A stretch of DNA of 64,000 nucleotides. It comes from an uncultured bacterium. Its GTDB lineage: Bacteria; Oederibacteriota; Muellerivitia; Muellerivitales; Muellerivitaceae. This document shows positions 20,887 through 29,207 of the stretch, piece after piece. Numbering within the stretch: the stretch's first letter is position 1; each line of letters opens with the position of its first letter. Below the pieces are notes generated by a model, which saw only the letters and a list, made by a program, of their open reading frames with translations, did no database searches and was not told where the DNA came from. The stretch lies in assembly GCA_964624625.1 (NCBI GenBank), contig CAZUXW010000006.1, positions 13,896 to 77,895 of the forward strand, in the 5' to 3' direction. A program made the translations under genes and the position numbers.

Positions 20887-21663
20887 CTAAAAGAATTCGA
20901 CTTCATCCACGTAATAATCGATGGCGTAGCTTCCCGCGGCGTTATTGGCGGAATGATCCCATTTGATCGTGATAAATTCCTTTAAGTGGTCCACCAAATC
21001 CGGCGGCGTCACGGGCGATCCCCAGCCGGATTCCCTTTTCATATCGGCGAAAGCGTATGTTTTCTGGATCCACTCGGGGGCGGTGGATAAATCGCCCCCA
21101 AAATTGTTATAGCAACCGTCCGTACAGGTCCCGCCCTCGGAAGTCGGGAGGGTCGGGGCGATCCCGATCATGAAGCGGCGCTTCAAGGCTTGGTCATCGG
21201 AGGGGCATTTATAGTAGAACTTGAGGCCCGTGAAGGCGCCAGCGTCATAGTAGCCGCTGTCCTTGAATTTTCCCTGGAGGGTGAAGGCCGGATAAGCCGC
21301 ATCGCCCTTGTCGATCAAGGTTCCGAATACATGGGCGCATTTGGGAGTCCCGTTGGCGCCGCCCTCGGCGATGAAGTTATCATTGGCTTTGTTGCCGGCG
21401 AAGGACAAGGTCATCCAAGTCCCGCCGGGATTGCCGTACAACTTGGGGCTGAAGGTTTTGGACCCGTCGTCAAAATTATTCATGACGCGGGCGTCTTTAG
21501 GAACATCCACTTTCTTTTGGTTCCCGCCGGGATTGGCCAGACCCATGGCCAGTGACGCGTTTTTAGAGCCCTCATTGACGAACACCGCGCCGCAACCCGT
21601 TAAAAGCGACAAACCCAACAGGCTTAACATCAGAGGAGAAGTTTTCACCGAGCCCATATCCAC
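20887..21663 (-). CDS. Lipoprotein with CBM11/CIA30-like domain (paralog)
   Basis: Lipobox LTGC; NNFDDG, YDAGAFTGLKFYYK, GGTCTDGCYNNF, FITIKW, YYVDEVEFF. Confidence 0.6.
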   Translation of the reverse strand: MDMGSVKTSPLMLSLLGLSLLTGCGAVFVNEGSKNASLAMGLANPGGNQKKVDVPKDARVMNNFDDGSKTFSPKLYGNPGGTWMTLSFAGNKANDNFIAEGGANGTPKCAHVFGTLIDKGDAAYPAFTLQGKFKDSGYYDAGAFTGLKFYYKCPSDDQALKRRFMIGIAPTLPTSEGGTCTDGCYNNFGGDLSTAPEWIQKTYAFADMKRESGWGSPVTPPDLVDHLKEFITIKWDHSANNAAGSYAIDYYVDEVEFF

Positions 21664-21781
21664 CCCTTCCAGGAGAGACAGTTGTGCCAGGAAAGTCTCT
21701 TAAAATTTAAGATTTTAAGGTTTCTCGCCTGAGTTTCTCGGCCGTTGATTCGCGGACAAGCGACGGCCCCAGGGCCGTCCT

Positions 21782-21810
21782 TTGACAAAGCCCCGGTATT
21801 TTACTAGAAA
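21782..21810 (+). promoter_or_regulatory. Possible sigma70 promoter facing the 3' end of the rlmD fusion
   Basis: TTGACA-17 nt-TAGAAA; the -10 element is imperfect. Confidence 0.3.
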
Positions 21811-21883
21811 GGTTTAAAAAAGCGGGAATGTTTTTTAACCTGGAAGAAACTTTGAAGGGTTGCGCCCAGCGGCTTTTTCCCAA

Positions 21884-21899
21884 TGAAAACCGGTTTCTT
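21884..21899. promoter_or_regulatory. Candidate LacI-family operator
   Basis: TGAAAACCGGTTTCTT with palindromic core AAACCGGTTT, upstream of the CBM/porin locus. Confidence 0.4.
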
Positions 21900-21958
21900 C
21901 AAGTGGTTGGTTTAACGAGAAGAACCCAGGTGAACCTGGAGCCTTCAACAGGCCTCCG

Positions 21959-24900
21959 CTACTTTTTAGAGGTTTCGGTTCCGCGCTCATCGGCGGACGC
22001 CTCATCGTCAACCCGTTTCAGGACGGCCCCGGAAGATAGTTTTTTAAGATAAATAAAGTCGAAGGCCCTCAGGGCCTGTCCCGGCTTTTCCACCATGACC
22101 GCCGCCATGTAACGATTGTCCCTTTCCGGGTGGTCTTCCCGGGGAATGTTCACGAAAAGGCTCTTGATCTTGACCATGTTTCCCGCGGGCAGGTCAAAGG
22201 GCCCCACCGTGGCCAGGTCGACGTAATAATCCTTGGCTGTGTCGATTTGGTGGAGCACCACGCCTTTTAAATTCTCCGGTGAATGGTTCCGCACCACCAC
22301 GCTGATGGGAACGGGGACCCCCGCCGGGATTTCTTTAGGCGCCAATAGAGTTACCTCGATGGGCGACAGGCCCTGCGCCTGCCGAAGGGTGGAAAAAGCT
22401 TTCCCTCCCGCGATGACCCACTCCATGCTCGAATAGGGGCCCCGGATGCCGTAGATAATCCTGTAGAGATCGTGCCAAAACATGCCCACTCCGGCGTTCA
22501 CCGGGAACCAGTTGTGGAACGTCTCGATTTCCCTGTTGTAAAGTTCCTCCGGGCCGGGCGGATCCAGGGATTTTTGAACCCAATTGAAATCCACCATCTC
22601 GCCCATGGCGTACATTCCGTTGCCCCTCGCCAAGTACTCGGGCCATTGCTTTTTCATGGATTCCAAAGTGTTGCGGTCGCCCTCGTAGAGCATGATGTGG
22701 TTATAATTGATGCCCGCATCCACGAACATGGCCGGGTCTTGTCCGTGCTGATGGCCCATTTGCCAGCCGAGCGTAAAGGTAAACACAGGCTTGGTCAATT
22801 TGGCCTCGTCGAGGATGCCCTTCAACGTCAGTGCGACCTTGTGGGCGCGCCACCACTCGAATAGGGCGACGACGTCCTTGTTTTCCTTCAACTCCACCGT
22901 CTTCGCCAGCCAATGAATCCGCTCTTGCTTGGTCATGGTCCAATACTCGGCCGGGCCCGGCACGCTCAAGTCCCTTACGAACTCATCAACCATCTCATAA
23001 CCGGCCGATCCCGTCCTCACGTAATCCATCCCCACGATGTCGACGTCGGGTTCGTTTTCCATTTCTTTCAGGAAATCGATAATGTCCTGCCGGCGCTTCT
23101 TGTCGTTCAGGGAAATAAAACGGGTTTGGATCACCTCGTCGGTGTCCGGGTCATACCCCAGGGAGAACTCATAGGGCGCCTGGTTCCAGGCGTCACCGAT
23201 CACCTTGAAGGTGGTCATGTAGGCCGCGAATTTTAATCCCTCGTTGTGGGCGGCCCGGGCGTACTTCCGTCCCGTCTCCAGGTCCCCCCGCGCGAAGGGA
23301 AAGTCTTTGGGATTCAAATGGTCCCAAATGGAAGTCTGTCCCATCAAGTAGCAGTAAAGATTGGCGCCCATGAACTTGGCCCAGTCAATGGCATTGGCGG
23401 ATTTGAACGAATCGCCGCCATCCAGCGCCGGCACCGCCCCGCCGACCATTTGTTTCCCCCCCTCCATCGTCAGTCCGGCGTAGCCAGGGTAAAGGCCCTG
23501 AGGCCTCAAGGGAGAAACCGTGAAGGCGGACTCGAATGTTTTCGGCGAGTTCCATTGGGGAGCGGAAACAATGACCTCCGCCACATAGGTTCCGGGAGCC
23601 GGATTGTAGGGAATCGGCCAGTTGCCGAATAATTTACCGTTAGCTGAGTCTTTCTTAAGCGTCAATCGGGACTTGCCGTCCACCATGGAGACCGGCTCCC
23701 CTCCCCGGTAAACTTCCACCACCGCGTGCATCTGGGAAAAATAGGGCATCTCGGCCGCGTTGACCCTCACCTCGAAGGGGACCATTTCATACCGAAGAAA
23801 ATTTCGGGACGGCATGACCGCGATCACGTCGGGAATCATTTGAGAAACCGTGGCCACCAGGGCCCCGGACCGCTTGCTCTCCGGGGACATCGTGGCCTTG
23901 GCGACCAGCCCGCCTCCCACCAAAATAGCAGCGATTAAAGCCCCCCGGATCAGCCTTTCCCCCCTGATTCCAGTCGGCAAAACAACCTTCGGCATGGAAA
24001 ATGAAGGAATCTTCCAGTTCAACAAAGGCCTCCGGAGAGGAGGCCATAAAGGCCTTTCGGCGGGGGGACCCGCCGGATCCAGTCTTTGGCTCGGGGGGTT
24101 ATCCAACAGGGGGTCCGCTGTGGATCCGGCGGCGCTCGGAACCTCAGGCGAAAGGCCCAGGGCCTTCCCCGTCGGGGCAGGATTTGTTTCAGCCGAATCC
24201 GGCCCCCAGCTGGAAATTTTATATGACGAGGCAAGGACCGAAGCGACAATCTCTTCCTCGCTTTCGGTCATGATTCTTGACTCGGTCAAAATCTCCACGG
24301 ACCCGGAAATCTCAAGGGGTCCCGCCTCGATCGTGGAATCCAAGGTTGGTGGTTTTTCCCGGGAGCCTGCTTGGAGGGCCGCGAACATCCTCTCCTTGAT
24401 CCCGAGCGTCTTTTCCCGGACTCCCTCCACTAAATCCCGGCTTTTTTCCGCTCCTGACTTCGTCAAGCGGTTGAGGTGCTCGGCCCTTTCCTTCGAATAA
24501 TCCTTCAGCGCCCCAGTGGTCTTAACGGAGGTATTTCCGGCGAGGCGGAAAAGAAAAGCGAATCCCTTCCCCAGGGCCCGGATCATTTCATAAATTCCAA
24601 CCGCCAAGGACAGAACAATAGCCAATAGGAGGCCCAATCCGGCTCGGAGCTGTTGCGCGACGGCCCCGAAAAGAGTGGAAGTTTTTTCTTTAAAAACTTC
24701 GAAATTGGCCGAGACATTCAATGTCGGAGGCTCGGGGGGTTTAGACAAGCGGAACGACTCCGCCTCAACCGATGTCTGCGGAGGCGCCGCCACGGGGGGC
24801 GGTTGGAAAGTCAGTTTGACAACGGATTCCACATGGTAGGTTTGCGGAAACATGTCCAGTGGCTGGATCCAATCCACCGTGAACCCGTGCTTGACCAACA

Positions 24901-26236
24901 GGGCCAGATCCCTGGCCAAAGTGGAGGGATCGCAGGACACATAAACCAGCCGTTCGGGGCGCAAGGCGGTGATCCGGGCCAGCACTTCTGGCAATACGCC
25001 CTTTCGTGGCGGATCCAGGATGGCCGCGTCAATTTGGGCGAGACCCTTGTCCTTCAGCCCCATGAGAATTTGGGCCACATCGCCTTCGAGGAAATCGATA
25101 TTGTTTTTTTGGTTTAAGGCCGCGTTGAACTTCGCGTCCTCCACCGCGGGACCGACCTCCTCGGCCCCCACCACGTATTCGGCCTTATCCGCCACCGCCA
25201 TCGCCAGGGTACCAATGCCGCTGTAAAGGTCCAGGACTGTTCCCCATTTTTTTTTGCGGGCCGGTTCGCCCAAGGCTTCGCGGACGATGGTATGCAGCAT
25301 ATCGGCCTGGTCCGTATTCACCTGAAGGAAGGATTTTAAGGACACTTTCAGCTTGAGGCCGTCAATGATTTCGTAATAGTGGTCCCGGCCCGCCAGAAGG
25401 GCGGTTGTGGGGCCGAAGACAATGTTGGTGCGGGAAGGATTGACGTTTTGCAAAACCCCGACCAGTCCCGGCACCTCCTCCATTAACTCCCTGGCGATCC
25501 GCGGCAGGATTTGATCCATTTCCTCGGGAAGAACCGATGGCTTCTGGAGCCTTTCGTCGGGGACCTCCGTCCGGGTGATGAAAGCCAACAACAGCTCGCC
25601 GGTTTTATAGCCCTGCCTCAGGGTCAAGTGCCTCAAAAATCCCGTGTGTTTTTTTTCCTGGTAGGGAGTCAATCCCGAACGGTCGATTTTCTGTAAAACT
25701 TTTTGGATCAAGTCGTTAATGGCGTCGCCCTGGATCGGGCAGCTGTGGTAGGGGATCAAGTGGTGGGACCGGGGCTCATAAATGCCGGAAATGAAATGGC
25801 CGTCCCTCATGGAAATGACCGGCATGGCCTTGTTGCGGTAAGCGTAGGGGTTGGGCGAGGGCAGGCAGGGCTGGACCGTGACCTCCGTCAGGTGGCCGAT
25901 CCGTTGGAGCGCGTCCACGACGAATTGCCGCTTGGTTTGCAATTGCCGGGGGTAATTAAAATGCTGCCACTGGCAGCCGCCGCATTCCTCGAAAATGGGG
26001 CAAAGGGGCGCCACCCGGTCCGGGGAATGCCTTAAGACGGCCTGGATTTCACCCGTGGCGAAATGGTCCCGGACCTGGGTGATCTTGACCCGGACCCTTT
26101 CGCCCGGAAGCCCGCCTGGAACGAAAATGGCGAAGTCCTGATATCGCCCAACCGAATCCCCGCCAAAAGCCAGCGACGTGATTTCAAATTCAATTTGATC
26201 CCCGTGCCGCACGGGTTTTACGGCGTTGGTGTTCAT
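21959..26236 (-). CDS. rlmD: 23S rRNA (uracil-C5) methyltransferase RlmD-like domain fused to a TM segment and a glycoside-hydrolase-like domain
   Basis: TRAM domain, CPIFEECGGC Fe-S motif, DLYSGIGT, DPPRKG, YVSCDPSTLARD, DMFPQTYHVE within the first ~480 aa; then ~950 extra aa with hydrophobic segments and a DIVGMDYVR motif; no internal stop. Confidence 0.8.
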   Translation of the reverse strand: MNTNAVKPVRHGDQIEFEITSLAFGGDSVGRYQDFAIFVPGGLPGERVRVKITQVRDHFATGEIQAVLRHSPDRVAPLCPIFEECGGCQWQHFNYPRQLQTKRQFVVDALQRIGHLTEVTVQPCLPSPNPYAYRNKAMPVISMRDGHFISGIYEPRSHHLIPYHSCPIQGDAINDLIQKVLQKIDRSGLTPYQEKKHTGFLRHLTLRQGYKTGELLLAFITRTEVPDERLQKPSVLPEEMDQILPRIARELMEEVPGLVGVLQNVNPSRTNIVFGPTTALLAGRDHYYEIIDGLKLKVSLKSFLQVNTDQADMLHTIVREALGEPARKKKWGTVLDLYSGIGTLAMAVADKAEYVVGAEEVGPAVEDAKFNAALNQKNNIDFLEGDVAQILMGLKDKGLAQIDAAILDPPRKGVLPEVLARITALRPERLVYVSCDPSTLARDLALLVKHGFTVDWIQPLDMFPQTYHVESVVKLTFQPPPVAAPPQTSVEAESFRLSKPPEPPTLNVSANFEVFKEKTSTLFGAVAQQLRAGLGLLLAIVLSLAVGIYEMIRALGKGFAFLFRLAGNTSVKTTGALKDYSKERAEHLNRLTKSGAEKSRDLVEGVREKTLGIKERMFAALQAGSREKPPTLDSTIEAGPLEISGSVEILTESRIMTESEEEIVASVLASSYKISSWGPDSAETNPAPTGKALGLSPEVPSAAGSTADPLLDNPPSQRLDPAGPPAERPLWPPLRRPLLNWKIPSFSMPKVVLPTGIRGERLIRGALIAAILVGGGLVAKATMSPESKRSGALVATVSQMIPDVIAVMPSRNFLRYEMVPFEVRVNAAEMPYFSQMHAVVEVYRGGEPVSMVDGKSRLTLKKDSANGKLFGNWPIPYNPAPGTYVAEVIVSAPQWNSPKTFESAFTVSPLRPQGLYPGYAGLTMEGGKQMVGGAVPALDGGDSFKSANAIDWAKFMGANLYCYLMGQTSIWDHLNPKDFPFARGDLETGRKYARAAHNEGLKFAAYMTTFKVIGDAWNQAPYEFSLGYDPDTDEVIQTRFISLNDKKRRQDIIDFLKEMENEPDVDIVGMDYVRTGSAGYEMVDEFVRDLSVPGPAEYWTMTKQERIHWLAKTVELKENKDVVALFEWWRAHKVALTLKGILDEAKLTKPVFTFTLGWQMGHQHGQDPAMFVDAGINYNHIMLYEGDRNTLESMKKQWPEYLARGNGMYAMGEMVDFNWVQKSLDPPGPEELYNREIETFHNWFPVNAGVGMFWHDLYRIIYGIRGPYSSMEWVIAGGKAFSTLRQAQGLSPIEVTLLAPKEIPAGVPVPISVVVRNHSPENLKGVVLHQIDTAKDYYVDLATVGPFDLPAGNMVKIKSLFVNIPREDHPERDNRYMAAVMVEKPGQALRAFDFIYLKKLSSGAVLKRVDDEASADERGTETSKK

Positions 26237-26331
26237 GTGTGTCCTGGAAATAAGGATCGGATATCAACGGGCCTTTACGCGAGATTTTCCTGACGGCTGA
26301 AGTCGGACGGCGATCACCGGCGTTAAGGCGG

Positions 26332-26360
26332 TCGTTTTTCGCGATCACCGCGAAAAACGA
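26332..26360. repeat. Perfect 12-bp hairpin upstream of rlmD
   Basis: TCGTTTTTCGCG-atcac-CGCGAAAAACGA. Confidence 0.7.
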
Positions 26361-26602
26361 ATGACGGCGTTAAAAAAAATCCACGCCGTGATTTGGGTTC
26401 CACTGCTTATTTTAACGATTTTTCATGGCAGGGCAACCCTCCTCATGGGCGGCCTCCTTCGGGAACCCCGCGGTTCATTCCGTGGTTCTCATAGGCCGGC
26501 ACCACTTCGTTCATCCGGGGTTTCCTTTAACTTCCCTGGGATAACCGGCATGGCTGAAAACCCCGCATCCCGCCCCAAAACAGGGAAACCCGGGAAGTCG
26601 GA

Positions 26603-26611
26603 TGCTATACT
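26603..26611 (+). promoter_or_regulatory. Extended -10 promoter element
   Basis: TGcTATACT 30 nt upstream of the GTG at 26641. Confidence 0.4.
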
Positions 26612-26640
26612 GCGTCCCGCAACCTATGGATCGAGGGCCC

Positions 26641-28074
26641 GTGAAAACCTTTTCAAGGATAATCCTTACCCTTCCCCTTTTAGCCGGTATGGCCGCCGTT
26701 CCCTCCTTTTGCCCCGCTTCCGAAACAAGGCTCAATGCCGCCGGCGGTTTGGAGTCGGTTTTCATGGACGAGTCCAGCGACTTAAACCTCTTTCTCAATG
26801 GAAATCCCGCAGGGCTGGGCTACCTTAACAGCCGCAGCCGGCTGGACCTTTCGGCCAGGTGGCTGGACTCGGACCAGGAAGGACCTTGGGGTTCCGCCCG
26901 CCTCCATGCCTGGGACGCCTTGGCCCAGCCGGAGGACCATCCGGGGTACGGGGGAGCGATTCTCTTTCCCTCCCCCCACTGGGCCTTCCAAGCGGCTGGG
27001 GGATTTTCCCAGACGGGGGGAACGGAGACCCCTTCCTTGAACCAATACCAGGGAATGGTAAGGATTTGTTACGCGCTATCCTTCGGGTCCGTGGGAGTGG
27101 AACTGCTCGATTCCCAAAAAGATTTAACCCTCATTTCCAATCCCTGGGTGCCGGCTTCCGAATTCCTCGAAGGTGAAAGAACCCAAAACCAGACGCTGGT
27201 GAAAACCGGAATTGCGGTCGTTTTCCCCGGCGTCACCTCCCCCGGGGAACCCCGGTGGCAAGCCGGTGCCTATTTGGCGCTTCCCGCGGGATCCCAATCC
27301 GGCCGGCAATCCTTCAGCATATCCGAAAACAGCTTGGCTCCTATCCTGGTCAGCCAAACCACCACCGCCGATCTCTATCACGCCTCGGGTCTTGAAATGA
27401 TTTATGAGGTTCCGGCCAGCCTCAAAGTGGAGCTTTCGGCTTCCCTCCTGGACGAATCCTCGAAATTTGAGCAAACCACCTCCGCGTCGACAACCTTGTT
27501 TGAAAATCCATCCTTGGGCCGCCTGAATTTCCAGTCCGGAAACATGGAGGGATCTTTCCGCTATTCCCTTCCCTTGGACGAGGATCAAAACCTAAAATGC
27601 GGCGGGAGTTTGGGCTTTCATTGGGACGACAACTTCGCCAACTACGGTTTCTCTTCCAATTCATTCCAACAACAACAATTGAACCTTCTCCTGGGGTTGG
27701 GTTTCGAAGAGGTCAAGGAATACACCATGGGACTTCAATGGAAGAGCCGCCGCACCCTTGCCGCGAATGGGGATACCCCACCGGCAAACCAAGCGGCTCC
27801 CACGACGGCCGATTTTGTTCAATTGGCTTTCGGAGGAGAAAGGTGGCTTTCACCGGTTTGGGCCTTAAGGCTGGGGCTGGTCCTAGAACAGGACGACGCC
27901 TTCCGCGGCGGGAGCCCTACCTTGACGACCACCCTCCATGGGGGGGCTGGATGGGAACAGGTGTTGGGAAGGTTGGATTTCGGGCTTTCCCTGGGGCAGT
28001 CCCTGGATACGGGAAATTCCAGCAACACGATCGGGTTCTTCGGAGCTGAATTGTCCGCGACGCTCTTCTTATAA
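26641..28074 (+). CDS. Putative outer-membrane beta-barrel protein
   Basis: Signal peptide after GTG 26641; NPAGLG motif reminiscent of FadL/porin-type barrels; alternating strands; C-terminal LSATLFL. Confidence 0.6.
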   Translation: MKTFSRIILTLPLLAGMAAVPSFCPASETRLNAAGGLESVFMDESSDLNLFLNGNPAGLGYLNSRSRLDLSARWLDSDQEGPWGSARLHAWDALAQPEDHPGYGGAILFPSPHWAFQAAGGFSQTGGTETPSLNQYQGMVRICYALSFGSVGVELLDSQKDLTLISNPWVPASEFLEGERTQNQTLVKTGIAVVFPGVTSPGEPRWQAGAYLALPAGSQSGRQSFSISENSLAPILVSQTTTADLYHASGLEMIYEVPASLKVELSASLLDESSKFEQTTSASTTLFENPSLGRLNFQSGNMEGSFRYSLPLDEDQNLKCGGSLGFHWDDNFANYGFSSNSFQQQQLNLLLGLGFEEVKEYTMGLQWKSRRTLAANGDTPPANQAAPTTADFVQLAFGGERWLSPVWALRLGLVLEQDDAFRGGSPTLTTTLHGGAGWEQVLGRLDFGLSLGQSLDTGNSSNTIGFFGAELSATLFL

Positions 28075-28100
28075 AACCAAAAGCAGGCATCACCACCATG

Positions 28101-28229
28101 CACCACAGGTCCTTCGGACCACAGAAGCTTAGTAAGGCAAAGATGAATTATTTGTGATGAGGAAAAGCAAAAACCTGATCCGGTGATTGGCTTTTAATCG
28201 AGTCTCTGTGGTCCGAAGGACCTGTGGTG
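28101..28229. repeat. Perfect 25-bp inverted repeat between convergent genes
   Basis: CACCACAGGTCCTTCGGACCACAGA (28101-28125) and its exact reverse complement (28205-28229). Confidence 0.9.
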
Positions 28230-28262
28230 AAACGGGGGTTGAATTTTTTCGAGAGGCGGGAA

Positions 28263-28970
28263 CTACTTTTTATTGACTTCTTTTTTCGACATGGGGGTCG
28301 CGGCGTCGCCTTCCAGCCGGACGTTGTCCACATAGGCCACCATCGGCTCAGGAACGCCGGCCATGTTGACCGCGAATTTGAAGGTCCGGATATTGGTCAA
28401 GTCCAGCCTGGTCTTGATCAGATCATCCAGGGGCACGTCGATATTCGTGACTTTTTTCGGGGTCAAAACTCCCGTGGTTTCGTAAACATAAGCCTTGGAG
28501 TCGACCACTTGAATGAAATAGCTGACTGGTTGGGCCTGGTCATTGTAGACGTCCAATTTTAAATCCCCAAAATCCTGCCATTCATAGACGTTGAGTTTCG
28601 TGACCGAATTGGTGTCGAGGGTGATTTCCGGCCTCCATAAAACTTGGCCCGCCGCGGAATATAAAACCTGCGAGGAATTCATCGAGGCTACTCCCGGCAC
28701 GGGAGTCACATAAAACTGGTGGGTGGTATAGAAGGAAACCTTCGCGCATTTTTTGCCGTGGGTCTGGTTTTCGGTGGAAGGCTCGATTTTCGCGTAACCG
28801 CCCGTGGTCCAGTCAAAATCATCGCGGAGATATTCGAAATCGTCGATAAGCTGGGTCTTTTTCTGATCCTTGCGGTGCTTGAAGGCCCGGGTCAACCCCA
28901 AACCGCTGACAACGGCCCAAAGGAGGGCGATCACCAAGAGAACGCCCAGGATTTGCATCAGTCGCCGCAT
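28263..28970 (-). CDS. Membrane-anchored protein with a carbohydrate-binding-like beta-sandwich
   Basis: N-terminal TM; LIDDFE at the domain start, LDLTNIRTFKF, YVDNVRLE at the end, similar in pattern to the CBM11-like paralogs. Confidence 0.5.
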   Translation of the reverse strand: MRRLMQILGVLLVIALLWAVVSGLGLTRAFKHRKDQKKTQLIDDFEYLRDDFDWTTGGYAKIEPSTENQTHGKKCAKVSFYTTHQFYVTPVPGVASMNSSQVLYSAAGQVLWRPEITLDTNSVTKLNVYEWQDFGDLKLDVYNDQAQPVSYFIQVVDSKAYVYETTGVLTPKKVTNIDVPLDDLIKTRLDLTNIRTFKFAVNMAGVPEPMVAYVDNVRLEGDAATPMSKKEVNKK

Positions 28971-29040
28971 AGGACCCCTAAAGAATCGATTTTAACCGGT
29001 GGCCTGAAACGTCCCGGAGGACCCTTGGCTCAGGCGAGGC

Positions 29041-29069
29041 ATTGTATCAGCCGAGGTAGGGTCTCGCAA
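29041..29069 (-). promoter_or_regulatory. Sigma70 promoter of the 28263-28970 gene
   Basis: Minus strand TTGCGA-17 nt-TACAAT. Confidence 0.55.
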
Positions 29070-29207
29070 CCCTTGCATCAAGCTTGGGACGAACCAGGGA
29101 CTGGCGCTTGAAATGGCTTGCTTGAGTGTTAAACCCTTGGGCGCCTGGCTGGCGATGAACTTTTTTTAATTAAAATCAGCGTTTTTCGGGAGGGCCTTGC
29201 CCGCTTT

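Noticed and set aside
21674-21690. TGGCAC-AACTG-TCTC as a sigma54 promoter for the CBM locus
   Set aside because: The -12 GC is missing and the site is too close to the start codon to leave room for a TSS plus SD.
26511-26798. 95-aa minus-strand ORF
   Set aside because: It overlaps the + strand barrel gene and its promoter; no motif support.
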